A stretch of 64,000 bases of DNA, from assembly GCA_963815215.1 (NCBI GenBank), contig CAWFFU010000003.1, positions 128,001 through 192,000 on the forward strand, read 5' to 3'. Shown one piece after another: positions 41,724 to 56,286 of the stretch. The translations under genes were made by a program, and so were the position numbers. The stretch's first letter is position 1. Each line of letters starts with the position of its first letter. The DNA comes from an uncultured Trueperaceae bacterium. Its GTDB lineage: Bacteria > Deinococcota > Deinococci > Deinococcales > Trueperaceae. The notes beneath the pieces were generated by a model. That model ran no database searches, was not told the origin of the DNA, and was given only the letters and a program-made list of their open reading frames with translations.

Positions 41724-43229
41724 TCAGCGGCCGCCCTTGAGCGAGTAGTTGGGCGCGTCCTTGGTGATGGTCACGTCGTGCGGGTGGGACTCCACGAGGC
41801 TCGCCTGGGTGATCTGCACGAAACGCCCAGAGCTCTGCAGGGCGGGGACGTCGGGAGTGCCGCAGTAGCCCATCGCCGAGCGCAGCCCGCCGATCATCTG
41901 GTACAGCACGTCCTCGGCCGGACCCTTGTAGGAGACCATGCCCTCGATGCCTTCCGGGACGTGCTTCTTGGCGTCCTCCTGGAAGTAGCGGTCGGCGCTG
42001 CCACCCGCCATGGCACCGAGGCTGCCCATGCCGCGGTAGGCCTTGTAGCGGCGCCCGTCGCGCAGGATGTCCTCGCCGGGCGCTTCGCTGGTGCCGGCCA
42101 GCAGCGAGCCCACCATCACACTGTCGGCGCCCGCCGCCAGCGCCTTCGGGACGTCGCCGGTCAACTTGATGCCGCCGTCGGCGATGAGCGGCACGCCGGC
42201 GGCGCGCGTCTCCTCGGCGATGGCGAGGATGGCGCTGAGCTGGGGCATTCCCACGCCCGTGACCACCCGCGTGGTGCAGATGCTGCCGGGCCCGACACCG
42301 ACCTTGACCGCGTCGGCGCCCCGCTCGATCAGGTCCGAAGCCGCCCCGGCGGTGGCGATGTTGCCGGCCACCACGTCGACGTCGAAGGACTCCTTGAGGT
42401 AGACCAGTGCGTCGAGGATGCCCTGGGAGTGGCCGTGCGCGCTGTCGAGCACCAGCGCGTCGACGCCTGCCTCGACCAGGGCGGTGCTGCGCGCTTCCAG
42501 GTCCTGGGAAACGCCCACTGCCGCGGCGACCCGTAGACGCCCCAGGCCGTCCTTGGTGGCGTAGGGGTAGTCGAGCTTCTTCTGGATGTCCTTGATGGTG
42601 ATGAGGCCGCGCAGGACGTTGGCGTCGTCGACGACCAGGAGCTTCTCCACCTTGTTCTCGCGCAGCATCTCGCGCGCATTCTCGAGGGTGGTGCCCACGG
42701 GCACGGTCACCAGGTTCTGCGAGGTCATCAGTTCCTCGACGCGGCGTCCGAAGTCGGTCTCGAAGCGCAGGTCGCGGTTGGTCAGGATGCCGAGGAGGTG
42801 GCCCGCCGGATCCACGATGGGGACCCCGCTGATGCGGTACTCGCTCATCAGGTGCTCGGCCTGTTCCAGGGTGGCGCGCGGACCCAGAGTGATGGGGTCG
42901 ACGATCATGCCGGACTCGGAGCGCTTGACCTTGCGCACCATCTCCGCCTGGGCGTCCACCGTCATCTTCTTGTGGATCACGCCGATGCCCCCCTGGCGCG
43001 CCATGGCGATGGCCATCTTGGTCTCGGTGACGGTGTCCATGGCGGCGGAGACGACCGGGATCTGGAGCTCGATGGTGCGCGAGAAACGGGAGGCGACCGA
43101 AACGTCGCGGGGCAGGACGGCCGAGTGCGCGGGCACCAGCAGTACGTCGTCGAAGGTGAGGGCCTCACCGATGATCTTGGCGGAGCGGGTGCGCTCGCGG
43201 CTCGTTACGGTCGGCGGTGTCTCGGTCAT
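41724..43229 (-). CDS. guaB: IMP dehydrogenase with CBS pair
   Basis: [35 protein letters not shown]. Confidence 0.97.
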   Translation of the reverse strand: MTETPPTVTSRERTRSAKIIGEALTFDDVLLVPAHSAVLPRDVSVASRFSRTIELQIPVVSAAMDTVTETKMAIAMARQGGIGVIHKKMTVDAQAEMVRKVKRSESGMIVDPITLGPRATLEQAEHLMSEYRISGVPIVDPAGHLLGILTNRDLRFETDFGRRVEELMTSQNLVTVPVGTTLENAREMLRENKVEKLLVVDDANVLRGLITIKDIQKKLDYPYATKDGLGRLRVAAAVGVSQDLEARSTALVEAGVDALVLDSAHGHSQGILDALVYLKESFDVDVVAGNIATAGAASDLIERGADAVKVGVGPGSICTTRVVTGVGMPQLSAILAIAEETRAAGVPLIADGGIKLTGDVPKALAAGADSVMVGSLLAGTSEAPGEDILRDGRRYKAYRGMGSLGAMAGGSADRYFQEDAKKHVPEGIEGMVSYKGPAEDVLYQMIGGLRSAMGYCGTPDVPALQSSGRFVQITQASLVESHPHDVTITKDAPNYSLKGGR

Positions 43230-43319
43230 GGGTCACCTCGCGGTCGCGCGCTTCGCGAGCGCGGCATTGCGACAGTATACGGGCGCCTCACGCCCGCGCC
43301 GGTAGGGTCGGAGCGGCGC

Positions 43320-43760
43320 TCAGGACGGCGGCTCGACCAGGGCCGCGATCGGCGTGAGCCACGCCTCGGGGAGCCGCACCGCACGTCCGCGCCGGTCGGT
43401 GGGGACGTGGACCGAGGCGCCGGTCGCGAGCAGCGCGGCGTCGTCGGCGCGCTCGAGCCGGTACTCGAAACGCATCGACCGGCTGCGCGCCACCCGCAGG
43501 TGGGTGTGCACGGCGATGACATCGTCGAAGCGCGCGGCCTGCCGGTAGCGCACCTCGATACCGGACACCGCCAGCGACACGCCGCTCTCCTCGATGCTGC
43601 GGTAGGACAGGCCGTGCGCCCTGAGCCACTGCACGCGGCCGGCCTCCATCCACACCGGGTAGTTGGCGTGGTGGGCGATCCCCATCTGATCGGTCTCGGC
43701 GAAACGCACGCGCAGGTGCAGGACGGGACTCTCCTCGGGCGTCCGGGCGCTCGCGGTCAT
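43320..43760 (-). CDS. Acyl-CoA thioesterase (YbgC/4HBT hotdog fold)
   Basis: RVRFAETDQMGIAHHANY..EAGR. Confidence 0.9.
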   Translation of the reverse strand: MTASARTPEESPVLHLRVRFAETDQMGIAHHANYPVWMEAGRVQWLRAHGLSYRSIEESGVSLAVSGIEVRYRQAARFDDVIAVHTHLRVARSRSMRFEYRLERADDAALLATGASVHVPTDRRGRAVRLPEAWLTPIAALVEPPS

Positions 43761-43763
43761 GGC

Positions 43764-44921
43764 TCAGCTTACCGCCGCTCCGGGCAGCAATGCCGCCTCC
43801 CGGAGGCGCTCGAGCACCCGCAGGTCCACCCCCGACAGGGCTAGGGTGCTGAGATCGCCGATGTGCTGGGGGGCCGCGTCCCGCCCGCGGTCCAGCTCGG
43901 GATGCCCCGGCTCGACGAGCACCGGCACCAGCTCGAGGCGGAAGTGGCTGTAGGCATGGTGCACCGGACGCAGCGGGCGCCCGCCTTCGGGAGGGTTCGC
44001 ACTCTGCGGGAAGCCCCAAAGGCCGCTCAGCATCTCCGTGCGAGTGCGCCGGCGTAGCCACAGGTGGTCGGCCTCCAGCGCCACCAGGGCGTAGCGCCGG
44101 ATCCGGGGCGGCGCCATACGGGCGCGTGGAGTAGGGAAGGCCTCGGGGGCCCCTCGCGCGGCGGCGCTGCAGCCCGCTCGCAGCGGGCACGCTCCGCAGC
44201 GCGGCGCGCGGGGCGTGCACACCAGTGCGCCGAGCTCGATCAGCGCCTCGGCGAGCGGCGGCTGCGGCGCTCGGCCTGCGCCGCCGCGGGCGTCGCCGGA
44301 ACGGCCGCCGGGTCCTCGGCGGACGTCCTGCGGGCGCCTACCGCGCCGGGACGGAGGCGCATCTGCCGCCGCCGTTCCCGCCGCCGGCGCGTCCGCCAGC
44401 CGCTCGGCGAGCGCCCGCTCGACCTCGCGGTCGGACGGCGGGACGTCCCACGCCAGCAAGCGCGCCGCCACCCGGCGCACGTTGCCGTCGACGGCGATCT
44501 CGTCGTGCCCGAATGCCAGCGACGCGATGGCGGCGCCGGTGTAGGCGCCCACCCCGGGCAGCGTCTCGAGGCCGGCGCGCGTGTCGGGGAAGGCGCCTCC
44601 ATGGCGTTGTGCGACCACGCGGGCGGCCTCGAGCAGGCGCAGCGCACGGCGGTAGTAGCCGAGCCCCTGCCAGAGTTTGAGGACCTCGTCCTCGTCGGCG
44701 CCGGCCAGGCTGCGGACGTCGGGGAAGCGGCGCATCCAGCGCTCGAAGTACGGCACGACCGTATCGACCCGCGTCTGCTGCAACATCACCTCGGACACCA
44801 GCACGGTGTACGGGTCACGCGGCGCGCCCCCGTCGCGAACGCCGCCGCTCCCCGCGCCGACAGGACGCCACGGGAGCGCCCGACGGTGCTCGGTGAACCA
44901 GCTCTCGAGCGCGTCTCTCAC
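43764..44921 (-). CDS. mutY: A/G-specific adenine glycosylase
   Basis: LPWR, VSEVMLQQT, WQGLGYY, LPGVGAYT, VDGNVRRV, C-x6-C-x2-C-x5-C cluster, HAYSHF; start placed at GTG 44921 after TACCCT. Confidence 0.93.
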   Translation of the reverse strand: MRDALESWFTEHRRALPWRPVGAGSGGVRDGGAPRDPYTVLVSEVMLQQTRVDTVVPYFERWMRRFPDVRSLAGADEDEVLKLWQGLGYYRRALRLLEAARVVAQRHGGAFPDTRAGLETLPGVGAYTGAAIASLAFGHDEIAVDGNVRRVAARLLAWDVPPSDREVERALAERLADAPAAGTAAADAPPSRRGRRPQDVRRGPGGRSGDARGGAGRAPQPPLAEALIELGALVCTPRAPRCGACPLRAGCSAAARGAPEAFPTPRARMAPPRIRRYALVALEADHLWLRRRTRTEMLSGLWGFPQSANPPEGGRPLRPVHHAYSHFRLELVPVLVEPGHPELDRGRDAAPQHIGDLSTLALSGVDLRVLERLREAALLPGAAVS

Positions 44922-45040
44922 CAGGCCAGGGTACAGTCTGTGCGCCGGGCGGGCGCACCACGCGCGGCGCTGTAGCGCGTACCGATCCGAGGTCGCCCAG
45001 GGAGCGCTGCGCCGGGTGCTAGACTCGGCTGGGAGCACCT

Positions 45041-45754
45041 GTGGCTCACAGCCGTGACAAGTCGATCGGGGCGGAGTTCCATGCCCAAACGAAGTACCGC
45101 CGCGGGAATGTGCCGCGCACGCGTACGCGTGTGGCGCCGCCGTACAAGGTGTACGCCAACCCGCGCGAGGTCGCGGCGCTGCCGGTACCGCAGCTCCGTG
45201 GGGGCTCGGGACTGTGGACGGTGCTGTCGAGCGCGCGCGACGGCGTTGCGGAGGGCGGCCGCCTCAAGCAGGCGCAGCTGTCGCAGCTCCTGTGGGGGTC
45301 CGCCGGCTTCACCTTCGGCTTCGAGCGCACCCACCTCTCCGCGGTAGGGATCTCGAGCCTCGAGACCTACGTGGTGGCACGTCAGGTCGAGGACCTCTTC
45401 GCCGGCGTGTACCACTACAATCCACGCGACCACACCCTGGAGCACCTGTCGACCGGGGACCCCACGGCCGGCTTCAGCGCCAGCCTGGTGGGTGAGGTGG
45501 ACGTGGACGCCCAGGCGGTGGCGCTGTGCTTCACGGGGATCTTCGCGCGGCACGGGGCGGGGAGCAACGGGCGCGCCTTCCGTTACCTCTGCCTCGACGT
45601 GGGCGCGGCGGCCCAGGCAGTGGTGCTGGGGTGTTCCGGCATGGGGCTGGCGGCGCAGTTCCTCGCCGACTTCTACGACGACGAGCTGTCGGAACTGCTG
45701 CAGGTCGACGGTCGCGGTGAGGTGCCGCTGGGCATGGTGCTCATCGGCGCGTGA
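45041..45754 (+). CDS. SagB/ThcOx-type nitroreductase family protein
   Basis: LSQLLW, GVYHYNP..HTLE, RAFRYLCLDVGAAAQ, FYDDEL. Confidence 0.8.
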   Translation: MAHSRDKSIGAEFHAQTKYRRGNVPRTRTRVAPPYKVYANPREVAALPVPQLRGGSGLWTVLSSARDGVAEGGRLKQAQLSQLLWGSAGFTFGFERTHLSAVGISSLETYVVARQVEDLFAGVYHYNPRDHTLEHLSTGDPTAGFSASLVGEVDVDAQAVALCFTGIFARHGAGSNGRAFRYLCLDVGAAAQAVVLGCSGMGLAAQFLADFYDDELSELLQVDGRGEVPLGMVLIGA

Positions 45755-45899
45755 ACGATGTGTTTCGAATCGAAAGCATAACCTGATCGGGGCCGGCCAA
45801 TCCCAAGCCGCCGCCGGCCGTCGTGTGGCGATCCTCGGCGAGGCGCGCCGGACCCCTTGGAATCGATAGGAGCGCCCATTCTCATCGTATTCTGTTGAC

Positions 45900-45929
45900 T
45901 TGACAGTCCGCCCGGGGCCTACGTAGGAT
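45900..45929 (+). promoter_or_regulatory. lys operon promoter TTGACA-N18-TAGGAT
   Basis: Perfect -35 hexamer; palindrome CCTACGTAGG (45918-45927) overlaps the -10. Confidence 0.65.
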
Positions 45930-45961
45930 GCCTCTCGGGCGGCGGCGCTCGGAAGCGATAG

Positions 45962-48533
<2,572 letters not shown>

Positions 48534-48537
<4 letters not shown>

Positions 48538-49076
48538 GCGAGGGCAACCGGGTCTGGCGCTTCGGCGACGCGGTGAATACCGACGACATCCTCCCGGGCA
48601 AGTACGCTCCCCTCATGGTCGGGGAGGAGGTCTTCCACCGCTACGCCTTCGCGCACCTGCGGCCGGAGTTCGCCGCCGGGGTGGAGCCGGGCGACGTGCT
48701 GGTCGGCGGCCGCAACTGGGGCCTGGGCTCGAGCCGCGAGTACGCTCCACAGGCCCTCAAGCGCCTGGGCGTGGGCGCCATCGTGGCGCGCTCGTTCGCA
48801 CGGATCCACTACCGCAACCTCCTGAATCTCGGCATCCCCGCTTTCGCTGCCCCCGACCTCGTGGACGCGTTGAACGACGGCGACCGGGTGCGGCTGGAGA
48901 TGGCACGCGGGTGCATCGTCCGGCTCGGGGACGACGCCACGGAACAGAGCCTCGGGTTGCCGCCGGTGCCCGAGTTCCTGCGGGAGGTCCTGAGCGAAGG
49001 GTCTGTGCTGGCGTTCTTCAAGCGGCACGGCCGTTTCCCGGGCGAGGACGCTTCCTCGAGGGAGCGTCCCGACTGA
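48534..49076 (+). CDS. lysU: Homoaconitase small subunit
   Basis: VNTDDILPG, NWGLGSSRE, SFARIHYRN; ATGA overlap with lysT. Confidence 0.88.
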
Positions 49077-49192
49077 GTCGACCTTTCCCCGCGCACGTCC
49101 GCCGCCGGCCCGAGGCGGAAGCGCAGCGAGCAGACTACACGGGCACCAACCCCGCGGCAGAGTCAGCGCCGCACCCCTAAGGAGAGCCAGGC

Positions 49193-49357
49193 ATGCAGAC
49201 GATCGACACACCCTATGGTCGCGTGGACGTGGAACCGGAGAACCTCACCCTCGGCGAGCTGGTGGTCACCGACGAAGGCACCGAGCTCGAAGTCGTCGGG
49301 CTCGAGCCCCTGCGCTTCGAGCCGGCCCCCGAGGAGGACGAGGACTGGGGCGAGTAG
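49193..49357 (+). CDS. lysW: Amino-group carrier protein LysW (54 aa, absent from ORF track)
   Basis: Translation MQTIDTPYGRVDVEPENLTLGELVVTDEGTELEVVGLEPLRFEPAPEEDEDWGE with C-terminal EDWGE; SD AAGGAG; directly upstream of lysX. Confidence 0.93.
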   Translation: MQTIDTPYGRVDVEPENLTLGELVVTDEGTELEVVGLEPLRFEPAPEEDEDWGE

Positions 49358-49360
49358 GTC

Positions 49361-50227
49361 TTGAGCGAGGTTGCCGCCCACCCCCGGATCGCCGTGGTCT
49401 ACGACCGCCTGCGTCCCGAAGAGCGCATGCTCTTCGAGGCGTTCGAGCGCAGTGGAGTGCCGTTCGAGCAGGTCTACGCGCCGCATCAGGCGGTAGACTT
49501 CAGCCGCTTCGAGCTTTCGCCCTTCGACGTCGTGATGGAGCGCTGTCTGTCGCAGACGCGAGGGCTCGCCTTCAGCCGCCTCTACACGGCGGCGGGCGCG
49601 CAGGTCATCAACCGGCCCGAGGTGATCGAGACCTGCGGCGACAAGCTCGCCACCAACGCCGCTCTGGCCGCGGCCGGGGTGCCGGCGCCGCGGACCGGGG
49701 TGGCATTCACGGCCGAGGCCGTGCTGGAGCTGTGCGAGCGCTTCGGCTATCCGGTGGTGCTCAAGCCGGTGGTCGGGAGCTGGGGGCGCATGGTGTCGAA
49801 GCTCTCCGACCGCGATGCGGTCGAGGCGGTGCTGGAGCACAAGGAGGTCCTGGGAGGCCCCCAGCACAAGGTCTTCTACGTCCAGGAGTTCGTCCGCAAG
49901 CCCGGCCGCGACATCCGCGTCTTCGTGGTCGGCGACGAGGTGATCGCCGCCATCTACCGTTCGAGCGAGCACTGGATCACCAACACCGCGCGCGGCGGCA
50001 GCGCCAGCAACTGTCCGCTCACCGACGATCTGGTGGACGTGGCGTCTGCCGCCGCGCGGGCGGTCGGCGGGGGTGTGCTGGCGGTCGACGTCATCGAATC
50101 CGAGCGGGGCCTGCTGGTCGTCGAGGTGAACCACACCATGGAGTTCCGGAACTCGGTATCCACCACCGGGGTCGACATCCCGGCACGGGTGGTGCGCTAC
50201 GCCGCCGAGCGCGTCGTGCCGGTCTGA
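49361..50227 (+). CDS. lysX: LysW-AAA ligase (ATP-grasp, RimK family)
   Basis: [36 protein letters not shown]. Confidence 0.95.
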   Translation: MSEVAAHPRIAVVYDRLRPEERMLFEAFERSGVPFEQVYAPHQAVDFSRFELSPFDVVMERCLSQTRGLAFSRLYTAAGAQVINRPEVIETCGDKLATNAALAAAGVPAPRTGVAFTAEAVLELCERFGYPVVLKPVVGSWGRMVSKLSDRDAVEAVLEHKEVLGGPQHKVFYVQEFVRKPGRDIRVFVVGDEVIAAIYRSSEHWITNTARGGSASNCPLTDDLVDVASAAARAVGGGVLAVDVIESERGLLVVEVNHTMEFRNSVSTTGVDIPARVVRYAAERVVPV

Positions 50228-52610
<2,383 letters not shown>

Positions 52611-52614
<4 letters not shown>

Positions 52615-53045
52615 GCCGATGGCGCCGCGGCGAGGCCGTGGTCGACACCGACCGTGAGCGGCTCGACCTGGGCATGATGCACGCCTTCCTGACCGAGAGC
52701 TACTGGGCGCGCGGCCGGACGCTCGAAGAGCTGCGGCGGGCGGTCGAGCACAGCCTTCCCTTCGGCCTGTACCTTGGCGAACGCCAGGTTGGGTTCTGCC
52801 GGGTGGTGACCGATCGACTCGAGTTCGCCTACCTCGCCGACGTCTTCGTACTCGAGCCGGAACGGGGCAAGGGACTGGCCGGCTTCATGGTGGAGTGCGC
52901 GCTGGGCTGCGACGAGCTGCGGACCGTGCGTCACTGGACGCTGTTCACGCGGGACGCGCACGCCCTCTACCGGCGCCTGGGGTTCGGTGCCGTGGAGGGC
53001 GAGCGGCTCGAGCGCTTGATGTACCGCCCCGGGGGCCGGCCGTGA
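52611..53045 (+). CDS. GNAT family N-acetyltransferase
   Basis: SYWARGR, QVGFCRVVTD..FAYLADVFV..RGKGL, TRDAHALY. Confidence 0.9.
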
Positions 53046-53863
53046 GCGTCGCTCGCGGGCTGGTGGTCGTCAAGGTCGGCGGTTCCGAGGGTATCGACTA
53101 CGACGCGGTGTGTGACGACATCGCGGCCCTGCACCGCGCCGGCCGGCGGCTGGTGCTGGTACACGGCGGCAGCGCCGAGACCAACCGGGTGGCCGCGGCG
53201 CTCGGTCATCCGCCCCGTTTCGTGACCAGTCCGAGCGGCTTCACCAGTCGCTTCACCGATCGGGAGACGCTCGAGATCTTCGAGATGGTCTACTGCGGCA
53301 AGATGAACAAGGGCCTGGTCGAGAGGCTGCAGCGCCGCGAGGTGAACGCGGTCGGGCTCTCGGGGCTCGATGGCCGCGTGTTCGAGGGCAAGCACAAGAC
53401 GAGCGTCCGGAGCGTGGAGGGGGAGCGCACCGTCATCCTGCGCGGCGACCATACCGGTACGGTGGAGCGCGTCAACGACGGGTTGCTGCGGCTGTTGCTG
53501 GATAACGGATACCTTCCCGTGCTCACGCCGCCGGGGGCCAGCTACCAGGGCGTCGCCGTGAACGTCGACGGCGACCGCGCCGCTGCCGCCGTTGCCACCG
53601 CACTCGGCGCCGAGGCGCTGGTGCTGCTGTCCAACGTGCCCGGTCTGCTCGCCGACTTCCCGGACGAGGCCAGCCTCATCCGCGAGATCCCGGCCGGTAG
53701 GGTCGCAGACTACCTGGAGGTGGCCCAGGGGAGGATGAAGAAGAAGGTACTGGGAGCCGCGGAGGCGGTCGCCGGCGGGGTGGGCCGCGTGGTGTTCGCC
53801 GATGCGCGCGTGACCGCCCCCATCGAGCGCGCCCTCCGGGGCGAGGGCACGGTCGTCGCCTAG
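53042..53863 (+). CDS. lysZ: LysW-AAA kinase (ArgB-like)
   Basis: VVKVGGS, VHGGS, TSRFTD, NVDGDRAA, GRMKKK. Confidence 0.93.
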   Translation: MSVARGLVVVKVGGSEGIDYDAVCDDIAALHRAGRRLVLVHGGSAETNRVAAALGHPPRFVTSPSGFTSRFTDRETLEIFEMVYCGKMNKGLVERLQRREVNAVGLSGLDGRVFEGKHKTSVRSVEGERTVILRGDHTGTVERVNDGLLRLLLDNGYLPVLTPPGASYQGVAVNVDGDRAAAAVATALGAEALVLLSNVPGLLADFPDEASLIREIPAGRVADYLEVAQGRMKKKVLGAAEAVAGGVGRVVFADARVTAPIERALRGEGTVVA

Positions 53864-53903
53864 ACGGCCGGACGCCGGCGTAGCCGAGGAAGGAAGGGAC
53901 CGC

Positions 53904-55100
53904 ATGACCGACATCGAGGAACGCAGCCAGGGCGGGGCCAGCGCCGAGCTACTGGCGCGCGATGCCGAGCACCGCTCGGGATTGTGGGAGCCGGACACCG
54001 TGTTCGTGCGCGGTGACGGTGCGCTGCTGTACGACCTGGAAGGCAACGAGTACCTCGACTGCATGGCCGGGATCGCCGTGGCCAGCGTCGGACACGCCAA
54101 CGCCAGGCTGGCGAGCGCGCTGGCCGACCAGGCCCAGCGGCTCATCGTGTGCCCGCAGAACCTCGGTAACGACACCCGCACCGCCTTCGTGGAGCGGCTG
54201 TTCACGCACGTGCCGGCGCCGCTGAACCGGGTGTTCCTGTGCAACTCGGGCAGCGAGGCCAACGAGGCGGCCCTGAAGTGGGCGCGCGCCGCCACCGGTC
54301 GGAACCGCTTCGTGGCCGCCAAGCGTGGCTTCTCGGGGCGGACGCTGGGCGTGCTCCCCATGACCTGGGAGCCGAAGTATCGTGAGCCCTTCGGTCCGTA
54401 CACCATGGACGTGACGTTCATCCGATACAACGACGTCGAGGAGCTGCGTGCCGCGGTCACCGAGGATGTGGCGGCGGTGTTGCTCGAGCCGGTGCAGGGC
54501 GAAGGAGGCATCCATCCGGCCGACGAGGCCTTCCTGCGCGCCGCCCGGGAGGCCGCCAGCGCCGCCGGAGCGCTGCTGGTGTTCGACGAGATCCAGTGCG
54601 GCGTGGGGCGCACCGGTACCTTCCTTGCCAGCGAAGCCTACGGCGTGGAGGCGGACATGGTCACGCTCGCGAAGGGGCTGGCGGGCGGCGTGCCCATCGG
54701 TGCGCTATTGATGACCGACGCGGTGGCGGCCACCATGCCCAAGGGGGGTCACGGGACCACCTTCGGCGGCAACCCGCTGGCCAGCGCAGCGGGCCTGGCC
54801 GTGTTGCAGGAGATCGAGGAACGCGGCTTGATGGAGCATGCGCGGACGATGGGGGAGCGTCTCATGGATGGGCTGCGTCGCATCGGCGGCGACCGCGTGC
54901 GCGAGGTGCGCGGGCGCGGGCTCATGATCGGCGTCGAGCTCAAGGAGAAGGCGGCGCCGGTGATCGCCGCGCTGAAGCGCGAAGGCGTGCTCACCATCGC
55001 CGGAGGGGCGACGGTCGTCCGCTTCCTGCCTCCCCTGGTCATCGATCAGGCGCAGATCGACGAGGTCCTCCTGCGGACGGCGCGTGTGCTGGCGTCGTGA
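53904..55100 (+). CDS. lysJ: LysW-AAA semialdehyde aminotransferase (ArgD-like)
   Basis: NSGSEANE, EPVQGEGG, DEIQCG, AKGLAGG, HGTTFGGNP. Confidence 0.9.
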   Translation: MTDIEERSQGGASAELLARDAEHRSGLWEPDTVFVRGDGALLYDLEGNEYLDCMAGIAVASVGHANARLASALADQAQRLIVCPQNLGNDTRTAFVERLFTHVPAPLNRVFLCNSGSEANEAALKWARAATGRNRFVAAKRGFSGRTLGVLPMTWEPKYREPFGPYTMDVTFIRYNDVEELRAAVTEDVAAVLLEPVQGEGGIHPADEAFLRAAREAASAAGALLVFDEIQCGVGRTGTFLASEAYGVEADMVTLAKGLAGGVPIGALLMTDAVAATMPKGGHGTTFGGNPLASAAGLAVLQEIEERGLMEHARTMGERLMDGLRRIGGDRVREVRGRGLMIGVELKEKAAPVIAALKREGVLTIAGGATVVRFLPPLVIDQAQIDEVLLRTARVLAS

Positions 55101-56191
55101 GTCCCGCGCCGCTCGACCCCATCGCGTTGCTCGAGCGCGCGGTCGCAACGCCGAGCCCCTCGGGCCGGGAGGGGGCGGTGGCTGCGGTGCTGGTCGATGC
55201 GATGGCGGGCTTCGCCGACGAGGCCTTCGTCGACGATGCGGGCAACGCGGTGGCTGTGTGGGGACGCGGCGACCTGACGGTGACGGTGCTCGGCCACATC
55301 GACACCGTACCAGGGGACATCCCGGTGCGACGGGAGGACGGCGTGTTGCACGGCAGGGGCGCGGTCGACGCCAAGGGCAGCTTCTGCGCGGCCGTGGCCG
55401 CGGTCGCCGGGCTGCCCGCCTCCTTCAAGGACGCGCTGCGGGTACGGCTCATCGGCGCCGTCGAAGAGGAGTCCGCCAGCAGCAAGGGCGCACGCTACGC
55501 CGTGCGCGCCTACGAGGCGCCGGATCTGGTGATCATCGGGGAGCCCAGTGGATGGGACGCCTACACCCTGGGCTACAAGGGCCGACTGCTGGCGCGGTTG
55601 ACGGCCGAACGCCCCAACGCCCACTCGTCTCGCGACGAGCCGAGCGCCGCCGAGCTCGTGGTGACGGCCTTCGCGGCGGTCCGGGCCTTCGTTCAGGAGG
55701 ACAATCGCGGCGTGGATCGACGCTTCGACGCCCTGCAGCTGTCGCTGCAATCGCTCGACTCGGACAACGACGGGCTCGTGCAGCGCTGTGACGCGGTGCT
55801 CGGCTTCCGGCTGCCGCCGCGCTGGCCGGCCGCGGCGCTGAGCGAGGGCCTTGGGGCCCTGGCGCTGCCCCACGGGGTGCGCCTGTCGCTGACCGGGCAG
55901 GAGGAGGCCTATCGCGGTCCGAAGGATTCGGTGCTGGCCCGGGCCTTCAGGGTAGCGATCCGGGGCGCCGGGGCGCGGCCCCGTTCCGTCGTCAAGACGG
56001 GGACGTCGGACATGAACGTCGTGGCGCCCCATTGGACGGCTCCGATGGTGGCCTACGGGCCCGGCGACGCTGCGCTGGACCACACGCCGGACGAGCGCTT
56101 GGAGTTGGCGGAGTACCTGCGGGCGGTGGAGGTGTTGGGTGCGGTGTTCGGCCAGCTCGCCGACGGGCGCAGCGGGACATCGGCGAAGTGA
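55097..56191 (+). CDS. lysK: LysW-lysine hydrolase (M20, ArgE-like)
   Basis: GHIDTV, GRGAVDAKG, VEEE, GEPSG, KTGTSDMN, YGPGD..LDH. Confidence 0.92.
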   Translation: MSPAPLDPIALLERAVATPSPSGREGAVAAVLVDAMAGFADEAFVDDAGNAVAVWGRGDLTVTVLGHIDTVPGDIPVRREDGVLHGRGAVDAKGSFCAAVAAVAGLPASFKDALRVRLIGAVEEESASSKGARYAVRAYEAPDLVIIGEPSGWDAYTLGYKGRLLARLTAERPNAHSSRDEPSAAELVVTAFAAVRAFVQEDNRGVDRRFDALQLSLQSLDSDNDGLVQRCDAVLGFRLPPRWPAAALSEGLGALALPHGVRLSLTGQEEAYRGPKDSVLARAFRVAIRGAGARPRSVVKTGTSDMNVVAPHWTAPMVAYGPGDAALDHTPDERLELAEYLRAVEVLGAVFGQLADGRSGTSAK

Positions 56192-56286
56192 TCCGGGCTC
56201 GTGTACGTTCGTGCGTCCAGGACGGTTGGGCTGCGTGAGGTTTCCGCCAGTGCCTGTCTGCGGCGCAGCCGTATACTGGAAGCCGT

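Noticed and set aside
45041..45754. SagB-like gene as part of a RiPP (azole) cluster
   Set aside because: No YcaO enzyme or precursor peptide nearby; looks stand-alone
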